A stretch of 64,000 bases of DNA, from positions 1,184,001-1,248,000 of the forward strand of contig CAWDOD010000002.1 of NCBI GenBank assembly GCA_963803805.1. Direction: 5' to 3'. How positions within the stretch are numbered: the stretch's first letter is position 1; every line of letters starts with the position of its first letter. The stretch is from an uncultured cyanobacterium (GTDB taxonomy: Bacteria > Cyanobacteriota > Cyanobacteriia > Cyanobacteriales > CAWCAG01). Below the pieces are notes generated by a model, which made no database searches, was not told where the DNA came from, and was given only the letters and a program-made list of their open reading frames with translations. Shown one piece after another: positions 21,150 through 30,117 of the stretch. The position numbers and the translations under genes are program-made.

Positions 21150-21429
21150 TACACGACTTGGAAGGTTGTGGGGGTGTACAAAATGATTCTTCTGTTACTC
21201 ATACCGCCCGCGAATAAATTCGGGGCTAATAGTTTAAGTCATCTCAAGATGACTGGGAGGTTGGTTTTTGTGACCCTTGCCAAATTTTTTCTTGGAGAAT
21301 CATTTAATGATTGGGAGTCATCTTAAGATGACTTAAGCTGTAAGCTGAGGATTTTAATCCTTAGCGAGTCGAGTGAACCGTCACTGGGTTTGCCCTCTAT
21401 ATGTAGGCAGCAACCTTCCAAGTCGTGTA
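21150..21429. mobile_element. MITE with perfect 19-bp TIRs containing a REPIN-like inverted hairpin pair
   Basis: TACACGACTTGGAAGGTTG (21150-21168) is the exact reverse complement of CAACCTTCCAAGTCGTGTA (21411-21429). Confidence 0.8.
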
Positions 21430-21432
21430 CCT

Positions 21433-21467
21433 TATTTCGCAGCCAAATCTCAAGAATTACGCAAATC
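21433..21467. repeat. 35-bp direct repeat, copy 1 (upstream of the caspase gene)
   Basis: TATTTCGCAGCCAAATCTCAAGAATTACGCAAATC, 34/35 identical to 24589-24623. Confidence 0.85.
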
Positions 21468-21509
21468 AACTAAAATCTTCGTAGTATTACCCATTACCCA
21501 TTACCTAAA

Positions 21510-24500
21510 TTACCATTCTCCCTGAACAGTAAAAGCCGCCCAGTGATAGGGATCTTTTTCAGCACCATCACTTCGCCACATCTCTAACTGTGCCTCCCTC
21601 AAAGCCGCAGCAGGTTTGAGGTTGTCTTGGTACATCTTTTCATAAAACCTACTCATCAACTTAGAAGTAGAAAGATCCTGCACTGCCCACAAACTCACTA
21701 CCACTCGCTTAGCCCCAGCATACATAAAGCCCCTAGTTAAGCTTACTAAACCTTCCCCGGCTAACTCTTGCCCTAAACCAGTTTCACAAGCACTCAAAAC
21801 TACTAATTCTGCTGGTAAGTTGAGGTTGTAAATGTTGTTTAAACGCAGTAGAGGGTCTTGGAATTGTCCTTGGGAGTTGTAAGCTGATAGGGCTAAACCA
21901 GAAAGTTGAGGATTATCTTTGTTGAGGCAACCGTGGGTAGAAAAGTGAACGGTTTGGTAATTAGCAAGTTGAGGACTGGTTGCTGTAGCTAGGGAGGCTT
22001 CATAACCCAAGGCGGCAAAGCTTTGGTTTTCTGGGACGAGGGCAAGGATGTTTTCTGCTTCTGCGCGTGTGAATTGTAGGTTAGCTAGCTCTCGACAGGA
22101 TTTTAGAGCTTGTTGAGTTAAGTTTTCTGTGAGATACTCAGTATCTGAGTCTTCTTTCCTTTCTAGTTCGTAAATTGGATCTGCAATAACAGCTAGCTTT
22201 TTAGGGGCCGGAGTACGACCTTGAACATTTTGCCGTAGGGCGGCTAGGCTGGAGGCGGAAGGTAGGGTGATGATTTCGTGGTTTGCTAACAGAGGTTTTG
22301 TAGATTGGGGAGATGGTAAGGCAGCGAAAGGGATACTTTGCAATACTCCATCACCGACGATTAAGAGGCGTTTATTTTGTAATTCCTTGGCGGCAGGGGC
22401 AAAGAGGATATTGCTGAGTTGTTGGGCTGTTTCTGGATCTTTGATATTAACGTTGGCGATGTCGTTGCGGAATGCTTCAGCGAGTTGTTCTATTTCTGCT
22501 TGGGGAGGAAGTTGGTAGCTGGTGACTTTGTTTTTGCTGACTAGCCAAAGATAGCTTTGTTTTTCGCTGAGGTAGTATTCTAATAAGATGGTGTCTTCGT
22601 CCAGGAGTTGTTGAATTTCTTTGGTTTGTAGAGTGAATTTAGTCGGTTGATTGATGGCAGCGTAGTTAGGGCTTTTCAGGCGGATGGTGGCTTCTACTTC
22701 GTCAAGTTGGGTGAGGAGTCGATTGATTTGGTTATTGGCGGCTTCTTTTTCTGGGTTACTAGCATTTTTACTCCTTTGCAGTTTGCCTTGATTTTCCAAA
22801 GCGGCAGTGAGTTGTTGGTTAAGTTGTTTTTCTTGTGCTAAAAGTTGTGCATCTATGCCTTGGCGAATGTCTACGTTAGCTTCTTGGAGTTCGGTGAGGA
22901 GTTGGCGGGCGCGGACTCTTTCGCTGTAATGGAGTGCTTGGGCGTTGTATTGTTGGGTGGGTTTTTGTTGGTGCAACTCCATTAGTAACCTGATGTGGAA
23001 GTCGTAGTAGTCTTCAATGGTTTGGTAGAAGGAGGTTTGTAGTTGGGGGTTGAAGATTTGGTTGCGGAGAAATTCTATTTTTTCTATGGCTTGCTCCATT
23101 GTTTGGGATGCAGCGAGGAGGTTGCCTTGTTCGTATTGAAGTCGAGCAATGTTCCAGAGAGTAGTCGCTTCTCCTTTGCGATCGCCTACAGTACGAATTA
23201 GGGGTAAAGCTTGGTTATAGTAATTAAGTGCTTGTTGCTTTTCTCCTAATGAGTAGTAGACAAGACCAATGTTATTGAGGATTTGTGCTTCCCCTCTTCT
23301 ATCTTCCACAGCACGAGATAGGGGTAAAGCTTGGTCATAGTAATTAAGTGCTTGTTGTTTTTCTCCTAAATCGTCGTAGACAAGACCAATATTGTTGAGG
23401 ATTTGCACTTCCCCTGCTCTATCTTCCACAGCACGAATTAGAAGTAAAGCTTGGTCATAGTAATTAAGTGCTTGTTGTTTTTCTCCTAATGATGAGTAGA
23501 TACTACCAATGTTATTGAGGGTTGTTGCTTCCCCTCTTCTATCTTCCACAGCACGAATTAGAAGTAAAGCTTGGTCATAGTAATTAAGTGCTTGTTGTTT
23601 TTCTCCTAAATCTGAGTAGACGCGACCAATATTATTGAGCGTAGTTGCTTCCCCTCTTCTATCTCTCACAGCACGAATTAGAAGTAAAGCTTGGTCATAG
23701 TAATTAAGTGCTTGTTGTTTTTCTCCTAATGATGAGTGGACACCACCAATATTGTTGAGAATAGCTGCTTCCCCTTCTTTATCTTCCACAGCACGAATTA
23801 GGGGTAAAGCTTGGTTATAATAATTGAGTGCCTCTTGCTTTTCTCCTAATGAATTGTAAACAAGACCAAGATTGTTGAGGGTATTTGCTTCTCCTATTTG
23901 ATCTTCTACGGCACGACGTAGAGGTAAAGCTTGCTTATAGTAATCAAGTGCTTTTTGCTTTTCTCCTAAATCATCGTAGACAGCACCAATATTGTCGAGG
24001 GTAGTTGCTTCTCCTATTTGATCTTCTACGGCACGAAATAGGGGTAAAGCTTGATTGTAGTAATTGAGTGTTTTTTGTTTTTCTCCTAATGAGTTGTAGA
24101 CAAAACCAATACTGTTGAGAATAGTTGCTTCTCCTGCTCTATCGCCTACAGCACGACGTATAGTTAAAGCTTGGTTGTAGTAATTAAGTGTTTTTTGTTT
24201 TTCTCCTAATAAGTAGTAGACAGCACCAATATTATTTAGGATTAAAGCTTGTCGAGATTCATCATTTATCTGCTGCCAAAGTTTAAGTGCTTCCTTATAT
24301 TTAGCGCTCGCCTCTCGCAAAGACTCCGCCGTCCCTTCCCGATAAAGCCGCAAACCTTCCTGATAAGCTTCCTCAGCAGCAGCGCGAATATCTTCAGCAT
24401 TCGCATCACTTTCTTGGGCAACTTCTATCGCATCTGTACTTGCTACAGCAACAGCAATAGGACTAACCAAAGAAACAAACAAAGCAAAAGAAAAGAGGGA

Positions 24501-24515
24501 GAATTTTTTATTCAT
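21510..24515 (-). CDS. Secreted TPR-CHAT (caspase HetF-associated) protease
   Basis: Signal peptide, about ten TPRs, and CHAT motifs HFSTHG, LSACETG, SLWAV and PYHWAAF. Confidence 0.93.
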   Translation of the reverse strand: MNKKFSLFSFALFVSLVSPIAVAVASTDAIEVAQESDANAEDIRAAAEEAYQEGLRLYREGTAESLREASAKYKEALKLWQQINDESRQALILNNIGAVYYLLGEKQKTLNYYNQALTIRRAVGDRAGEATILNSIGFVYNSLGEKQKTLNYYNQALPLFRAVEDQIGEATTLDNIGAVYDDLGEKQKALDYYKQALPLRRAVEDQIGEANTLNNLGLVYNSLGEKQEALNYYNQALPLIRAVEDKEGEAAILNNIGGVHSSLGEKQQALNYYDQALLLIRAVRDRRGEATTLNNIGRVYSDLGEKQQALNYYDQALLLIRAVEDRRGEATTLNNIGSIYSSLGEKQQALNYYDQALLLIRAVEDRAGEVQILNNIGLVYDDLGEKQQALNYYDQALPLSRAVEDRRGEAQILNNIGLVYYSLGEKQQALNYYNQALPLIRTVGDRKGEATTLWNIARLQYEQGNLLAASQTMEQAIEKIEFLRNQIFNPQLQTSFYQTIEDYYDFHIRLLMELHQQKPTQQYNAQALHYSERVRARQLLTELQEANVDIRQGIDAQLLAQEKQLNQQLTAALENQGKLQRSKNASNPEKEAANNQINRLLTQLDEVEATIRLKSPNYAAINQPTKFTLQTKEIQQLLDEDTILLEYYLSEKQSYLWLVSKNKVTSYQLPPQAEIEQLAEAFRNDIANVNIKDPETAQQLSNILFAPAAKELQNKRLLIVGDGVLQSIPFAALPSPQSTKPLLANHEIITLPSASSLAALRQNVQGRTPAPKKLAVIADPIYELERKEDSDTEYLTENLTQQALKSCRELANLQFTRAEAENILALVPENQSFAALGYEASLATATSPQLANYQTVHFSTHGCLNKDNPQLSGLALSAYNSQGQFQDPLLRLNNIYNLNLPAELVVLSACETGLGQELAGEGLVSLTRGFMYAGAKRVVVSLWAVQDLSTSKLMSRFYEKMYQDNLKPAAALREAQLEMWRSDGAEKDPYHWAAFTVQGEW
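23160..24240. repeat. Nine 120-bp tandem units encoding 40-aa TPR repeats
   Basis: TAATYRAGTG recurs at 23221, 23341 ... 24181 with exact 120-bp period. Confidence 0.92.
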
Positions 24516-24588
24516 GGCTTAGTAAAAGGTGCAAAATAAATCCATTGGCAGAGATTATTCTCATAACCCGAAAAAACACCCTTAACTC

Positions 24589-24623
24589 TATTTCGCAGCC
24601 AAATCTTAAGAATTACGCAAATC
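24589..24623. repeat. 35-bp direct repeat, copy 2 (upstream of the CHAT gene)
   Basis: TATTTCGCAGCCAAATCTTAAGAATTACGCAAATC. Confidence 0.85.
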
Positions 24624-25125
24624 CACCAGATTTCTTTTAGCCTCCTCGCCGAAAGCCTCTCACTTATAAACTTTTGAAGCGGTGAGATGATAGCCGAGAT
24701 AGGGTCTGTGCTACAATAATTGCCTCAAAATCGAATCTGTACTCGCTACAGCAACATTCAACTAAACAAAATTAAAAATCACACTGATGTCCGAAAATGA
24801 AGCGTCGGAAAATCGACATTCGGTAACAGAAAAAAAGTATTGCTATAACTAGGATATCCCTCCTTGGTTACTCTCCGAAGACATTTGCAATTTCTGAATC
24901 CTAGAGCATTGATATAGTATGGGATAAGCCTCCGGCATGGCTACGCTACGGGAGCTTTTTTCGTCCTCAAAATTATTGCGAGGAGCAAAATGCCAAAATT
25001 CGATTACCGGAGTCTGTATCCCTTAGTGTAGGCTTTGTTCAGGAAGTTCAAATAATAGGGAAAATAGCAACCTGACAGAAGAGGGATACAATTTATTGAC
25101 TAAGCCATCAAACATTTAAACGAAC

Positions 25126-25236
25126 TAAGCTGATGTGCATTTAAACTGTGTATTACTCAACTAGGAAATAAGCCCTAAAACTCTCCCCCCATCTCCCCAT
25201 CAAACCTAATAAGTACATTAAATGCCTGACAGTTTA
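25126..25236. mobile_element. MITE, copy 2
   Basis: Same sequence as 5345-5471 but 16 bp shorter in the internal CCCCATCT tract. Confidence 0.75.
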
Positions 25237-25250
25237 TTACCTATTACCTA

Positions 25251-26456
25251 TTACCTATTACTCAAGTTTTCACTACGTAAGCTTTGAGCCGCTAAACATA
25301 TTTTGCTCCATTCTCCTATTACTTGATGGATTTTCCAGTTGAGATTTTGAGCGATCGCCTCAAAACTTTGTTCGTCTTTCAATGCTTCAATTAACTTATG
25401 TTGAGTAGGATTGAGATTGCCGACGAATTCTTCCCATTGTTTAGGAGTTAGCCCTAGGTTATGTTCTTTCAAAGAGATTTCTAACCAATCGGTAACTAGT
25501 TCTGGCTTGCCTTTAAGGGCGAAAACTTTGATAGCATGGTAACTAACTTTTTCTCGCAAGCGATAAACTTGTTTGATGGGCAGTTCGAGAATTTTAGCGA
25601 TGGTATCTTGAGAACGTCCTTGAAGATACAATTGCAGCCAAAGTGCGGCGGTGGGGCTAATATTCTCTGCTAAGTATTTTTCAAACTCCCCTTTAACCTG
25701 GGAACGTTGAGCTTGTTTTTCTTGCCAATTTTTTGTCTCTTGCCAGTCGTTTATGGCTTGGGAGTCAAGCAAACTGATAGGAGAGTCTGATTCTTCTAAA
25801 GTGAGTTCTTCAGAAATTAAGCGTACAATATCTCCTTGGGGAACTTGCGTCATGCCTCCTCTTTGGGAACGACGGAGAAAGTTCACAAAACGGTAGACAA
25901 GAAGTGGTTGATTGCGTATGGGGCGTAAGCAATATTCTTCAATACTAGTAAGTAATAAAGTATCTCGCAGACGTTCTTCATGGGTACATTGAGCAATCCA
26001 AGCAATTTGCTTTTGTATGTAGCGATCGCTATTAAGCATTTCTTGAATTACTTCTTGAATAACATCAGCTACTGCTCTTTGGCGATCACGACTTAGAGCA
26101 ACCCAAGTGCGGATTTTGTTACGCAACATAACCAAAGAACCTAAGCGAGTAATCAAGTTTCGGTAAGCTTGGGTTGGGGCTACGCTAAAGTAACGCTGTT
26201 GGAGAATACGGTAACGATAATCCATCGATTGTCGGACAATTCTTGCCTGGCTAGGAGTCAATCCTTCAAAACGTTCTAAGTCTTCACCGATTAACCAACG
26301 TACAATACTTTGCAATCTCTCTGGCTTTTGTTGAGGATAATCTTCCTGAAGGCGAGAGCGCCAAGTTTGTTCTAGTTGTGAAGCTAGCTTAGTCATGGGA
26401 TCTGGCTCCTCTAACGCTGGCTTCATTTGCATAACACCATCTCCAATTCTCCCCAC
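25251..26456 (-). CDS. HetZ-related protein (sigma-like HTH regulator); true start probably later
   Basis: YRYRILQQRY, RNKIRTWVALSRDRQRAV, LYLQGRSQD..A..L...IKQVYRLREK; family recognised from memory. Confidence 0.7.
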   Translation of the reverse strand: MGRIGDGVMQMKPALEEPDPMTKLASQLEQTWRSRLQEDYPQQKPERLQSIVRWLIGEDLERFEGLTPSQARIVRQSMDYRYRILQQRYFSVAPTQAYRNLITRLGSLVMLRNKIRTWVALSRDRQRAVADVIQEVIQEMLNSDRYIQKQIAWIAQCTHEERLRDTLLLTSIEEYCLRPIRNQPLLVYRFVNFLRRSQRGGMTQVPQGDIVRLISEELTLEESDSPISLLDSQAINDWQETKNWQEKQAQRSQVKGEFEKYLAENISPTAALWLQLYLQGRSQDTIAKILELPIKQVYRLREKVSYHAIKVFALKGKPELVTDWLEISLKEHNLGLTPKQWEEFVGNLNPTQHKLIEALKDEQSFEAIAQNLNWKIHQVIGEWSKICLAAQSLRSENLSNR

Positions 26457-26564
26457 ATACTGACAATTTTAGGGTCAGCTATCTTAAATTTGACCATTTT
26501 TTCTTAGCTGTGACAGTGATTCTGAGACTTAAGCGGGATGAATAGTTATTACATCATCATTCTT

Positions 26565-26664
26565 TAAGTTGTTAAGCATTTGTATTACTTGCTGAGGAAT
26601 AGGGAATAGTTACAGTTTATTTTAACTAACTCAGTAATATGTCATTTAGATACGTGACAGCTTA
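26565..26664. mobile_element. Diverged member of the TAAGCTG-ended MITE family
   Basis: TAAGTTGTTAAGCATTT...ATTTAGATACGTGACAGCTTA ends. Confidence 0.45.
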
Positions 26665-26671
26665 TAAATTG

Positions 26672-27541
26672 TCAAGCAAGAATCATTCCTGCTAATAAAA
26701 TAAAACCTAACCAAACATTTTGTTGGAAAATCTTGCCGTATAAAGGGCTGGGAACTTCTGCTTTTCTTAATTGTGAATATTGCCAAACCCAACCTATTGT
26801 TGCGACTACTAAAGCTAGCCAAAAGCTTAGTTGCAAATTCATAGCTATACCGAGATAAACTAATAAACCTGCGGTAATAGCGAAGAAAATACCTACAGCT
26901 TCAGCAGCATATTTACCAAAAAAGAGAGCGCTGGAATTGATACCTAGTTTGGCATCATCTTCTTTGTCTGCCATCGCATAAACAGTATCAAATCCTAATG
27001 TCCAAAAAACAGTTGCCCCCCAAAGTAACCAAGTTTCTGTGGTTAATTGTGGGGTTACAGCACTCCAACTAATCAAAACAGCAAAACCCCAAGCGAGGGA
27101 CAAAACTAGTTGAGGTACAGGGAAAAAACGTTTCGCCAGGGGATAACAAATAATTATGGGGACGGCGATCGCACAGAGCAAAAAACTGAGAGGATTAAGA
27201 TAGGTTGCCAAAACAGCAGCACATCCCAAAGCAACTAAAGCAATCACAATACCAACTTTTACAGATAAAGCTTTAGAAGCCAGGGGACGACTTTTGGTTC
27301 TTTCTACTTGAGGATCAATATTACGATCCCAGAGATCATTCACAGTACAACCTGCGGCACTTGTCGCTAAAGTACCTAAAATAACGACTCCCACTAGGCT
27401 TAAAGGAGGTTTCCCCCCAGCCGCCAAAAAAACTGCCCACAAAGCAGGTAACATCAAAATTAGTCTTCCTGCGGGTTTATCCCAACGCAGTAAACGTACA
27501 ATGGTTAACCAAATTGGTTCTTGTGGATATTGAGTTTCCAT
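26672..27541 (-). CDS. ubiA: 4-hydroxybenzoate solanesyltransferase (plastoquinone synthesis)
   Basis: RWDKPAG, NDLWDRNID..VERT..RPL and DTVYAMADKEDD. Confidence 0.92.
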   Translation of the reverse strand: METQYPQEPIWLTIVRLLRWDKPAGRLILMLPALWAVFLAAGGKPPLSLVGVVILGTLATSAAGCTVNDLWDRNIDPQVERTKSRPLASKALSVKVGIVIALVALGCAAVLATYLNPLSFLLCAIAVPIIICYPLAKRFFPVPQLVLSLAWGFAVLISWSAVTPQLTTETWLLWGATVFWTLGFDTVYAMADKEDDAKLGINSSALFFGKYAAEAVGIFFAITAGLLVYLGIAMNLQLSFWLALVVATIGWVWQYSQLRKAEVPSPLYGKIFQQNVWLGFILLAGMILA

Positions 27542-27613
27542 AATCTTTAGACAGTAAATTACAATCAGTAAATCAGGGTTCGTAGTTGTTGTTTTATATA
27601 TTTTAAAAAGCTG

Positions 27614-29254
27614 ATGCTTGATTCTATTCTCTCAGTGAAAGCTAATAGTTCTTATATTCCCGTGTCTATTTCTCAAGAAAACTGCGTTATCGCTGCTATC
27701 GATATCGGTACAAATTCTATCCATATGGTAGCGGTTAAAGTGGATTTGACTCTGCCCACTTTTACAATTATTGCCAAAGAAAAGGATACTGTTAGATTAG
27801 GAAATCGTGACCCGAAAACGGGTAATTTAACTCCAGAGGGCATTAAAAGAGCCTTAGCAACCCTGAAACGCTGTCAAGACTTAGCTGAAAGCCTCCAAGC
27901 TATCAAAGTTATTGCCGTGGCTACCAGCGCGGTTAGAGAAGCCCCCAATGGCCAAGATTTTATTGATGAAGTAAAAAAGAAATTAGACTTGTCTATTAAC
28001 CTCATTTCTGGGCAAGAAGAGGCACGGCGTATTTATTTGGGGGTTTTGTCGGGGATGGAGTTTGATAACCGTCCCCACGCTATTATTGATATTGGCGGCG
28101 GTTCTACAGAATTAATTTTGGGGGATGGCCATGCTGCTAGTTTTCTCACCAGTGTTAAAATTGGTGCGGTACGCTTAACTCAAGATTTGGTTAAGAATGA
28201 TCCCCTCACACAGCAAGACTTCCTTTATTTGCAAGCTTATATTCGAGGTAGGTTAGAGCGCCCCATTAATGACTTACTAGATGTTGATCTTTCTGGGGAA
28301 GAACTAAAATTAGTCGGAACTTCAGGAACTATCGAAGCCCTAGCTGCCATCCACGCGAAAGATAAACTTGGTTACACTCCTGATCCTCTTAATGGTTACA
28401 GTTTTAGTCGCAAAGATTTAGAAGAATTGGTAGAAAATTTAGCCAAAAAAGATTATAAAGAACGCCTAAAGGTATCGGGAATGCAAGAAAAGCGGGCAGA
28501 AATTATTGTCCCAGGGGCGATGATCCTTTTAGAAACCATGAAGATGCTGAAAGTTAAATCTATTCGCATTTGTGAAAGGGCTTTAAGGGAAGGGGTAATT
28601 GTTGATTGGATGTTAACCCATAAGTTAATTGAAAGCCGTTTGCGTTACCAAAGTGAAGTGCGTGAACGTAGTGTGATTAAAATTGCCCGTAAATATCAAG
28701 TGGATCTTACCTATGCAGAAAGGGTAGCAAATTTAGCTTTAAGTATTTTTGATCAAACTCAAAATATACTCCACAATTGGACAGAAGAAGAAAGGGAATT
28801 ACTTTGGGCGGCGGCGATGTTACATAATTGTGGTTTATATGTTAGTCATAGTTCCCACCATAAACATTCTTATTACCTAATTCGTAATGGAGAACTTTTA
28901 GGTTATACAGAAATAGAATTAGAGGCGATCGCTAATTTAGCTCGTTATTATCGTAAGAGCAAACCGAAAAAGAAGCATCAACCCTACAGTGATTTTCTTA
29001 ATGATAAATATCGTTTAGTCGTAAGTCAGTTAAGCCCCATCTTGCGTCTAGCAACAGCCTTAGATCGGCGTAAAATTGGTGCAGTTTCTCAAGTGAAGTG
29101 TGACTACAATTCCAAAAAAGAAGAGCTACTTTTAAGCATTACCCCAACTTATCCAGGGGATGATTGTAGTTCGGAATTGTGGAGTGTGGAGGATAAAAAA
29201 GTAGTTTGTGAAGAGGAGTATGGGATTAAGATAGAATCAAAAATTGATAGTTGA
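27614..29254 (+). CDS. ppx: Exopolyphosphatase, Ppx/GppA family
   Basis: AIDIGTNS, ATSAVREA, DIGGGSTE, ALREG and a C-terminal HD-like domain. Confidence 0.93.
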   Translation: MLDSILSVKANSSYIPVSISQENCVIAAIDIGTNSIHMVAVKVDLTLPTFTIIAKEKDTVRLGNRDPKTGNLTPEGIKRALATLKRCQDLAESLQAIKVIAVATSAVREAPNGQDFIDEVKKKLDLSINLISGQEEARRIYLGVLSGMEFDNRPHAIIDIGGGSTELILGDGHAASFLTSVKIGAVRLTQDLVKNDPLTQQDFLYLQAYIRGRLERPINDLLDVDLSGEELKLVGTSGTIEALAAIHAKDKLGYTPDPLNGYSFSRKDLEELVENLAKKDYKERLKVSGMQEKRAEIIVPGAMILLETMKMLKVKSIRICERALREGVIVDWMLTHKLIESRLRYQSEVRERSVIKIARKYQVDLTYAERVANLALSIFDQTQNILHNWTEEERELLWAAAMLHNCGLYVSHSSHHKHSYYLIRNGELLGYTEIELEAIANLARYYRKSKPKKKHQPYSDFLNDKYRLVVSQLSPILRLATALDRRKIGAVSQVKCDYNSKKEELLLSITPTYPGDDCSSELWSVEDKKVVCEEEYGIKIESKIDS

Positions 29255-29313
29255 TAGTTAGTATTGTCTAGTTAAAAAGTTGGTGTTGCTAATTTGAAGT
29301 ATAAGATGCTATT

Positions 29314-29346
29314 GTTTTTAGTTTTTAGTTTTTAGTTTTTAGTTTT
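29314..29346. repeat. (GTTTTTA)x4 STRR
   Basis: Read directly from the sequence. Confidence 0.8.
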
Positions 29347-29347
29347 G

Positions 29348-29674
29348 ATGTCTATCGTAGCGACTAAAGCTTATGTAGAGTTGAAAAATGAAGGTTACTG
29401 GATTATTGGCACTCGAATTTCCCTAGATTCTGTTATCTACGCTTTTCGTCAAGGGTTATTACCGGAAAGTATTGCTCAATGCTACCCTTTACTTGACCTA
29501 GAAAAGGTATATGGTACTATCACGTTTTACTTAGCAAACCGTGCGGATCTTGATGCCTATATTGCCTCTGAAGAAGAAGCCTTTGCTGCTATGCCACAGC
29601 CTTTACAAAAAGATGCGCCATTTTTATATGAAAAGCTAGTTGATGCTAAAAAGTCTTCACAGCAAGCACAATGA
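29348..29674 (+). CDS. DUF433 family antitoxin
   Basis: GTRISLDSVI...G..PESI...YP.L.L..VY..I.FYL. Confidence 0.85.
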   Translation: MSIVATKAYVELKNEGYWIIGTRISLDSVIYAFRQGLLPESIAQCYPLLDLEKVYGTITFYLANRADLDAYIASEEEAFAAMPQPLQKDAPFLYEKLVDAKKSSQQAQ

Positions 29675-30039
29675 CCATAATTAGGTTTCAGGCAGATGCC
29701 GATCTAAATCAGGCAATTGTCACAGGAGTTGTTCGCAAGCAACAGGAAATCAACTTTCAAACAGCTACTGAAGCTGCTTTAGAAGGACTAACAGATTTAG
29801 AAGTATTAGCCTTGTCTGCGAATCAGCAAGGTATCTTAGTAACACATGATCGTAGGACAATGCCAACGGAGTTCGCAAAATTTATTGTCAACAAGCAAAG
29901 TTCAGGTGTGTTAATTGTTTCCAGAAAAATAGCTATAGGAATTGTTGTTGAGGAATTGATTTTAATTGGCTTAGTAACAGTTGCCGAGGAATGGATTAAA
30001 TGTACCTTGGAATTGCTAATTAGAAATACAAATAACTAG
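29671..30039 (+). CDS. DUF5615 PIN-like toxin
   Basis: FQADADL, DLEVL and ILVTHD; ATGA overlap with the DUF433 gene. Confidence 0.8.
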   Translation: MTIIRFQADADLNQAIVTGVVRKQQEINFQTATEAALEGLTDLEVLALSANQQGILVTHDRRTMPTEFAKFIVNKQSSGVLIVSRKIAIGIVVEELILIGLVTVAEEWIKCTLELLIRNTNN

Positions 30040-30117
30040 CGGTGAAGATCAACTTCTAAAAGAATTCTGAGAAAAGGGCATTACGGCAGAATGGACGTAA
30101 GCCTTTCTCTACTCTAA

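Noticed and set aside
23160-24240. Regular repeats as a CRISPR array or DGR
   Set aside because: In-frame 120-bp coding TPR units with no unique spacers, cas genes or reverse transcriptase.
24850-25090. Short inverted repeats (TGTATCCCT/AGGGATACA) as IS ends
   Set aside because: Only 9 bp, with no transposase remnant recognised.
18973-25250. tRNA-Leu-anchored genomic island holding SRAP, caspase and CHAT
   Set aside because: No integrase and no duplicated tRNA 3' end; the genes lie on the tRNA 5' side.
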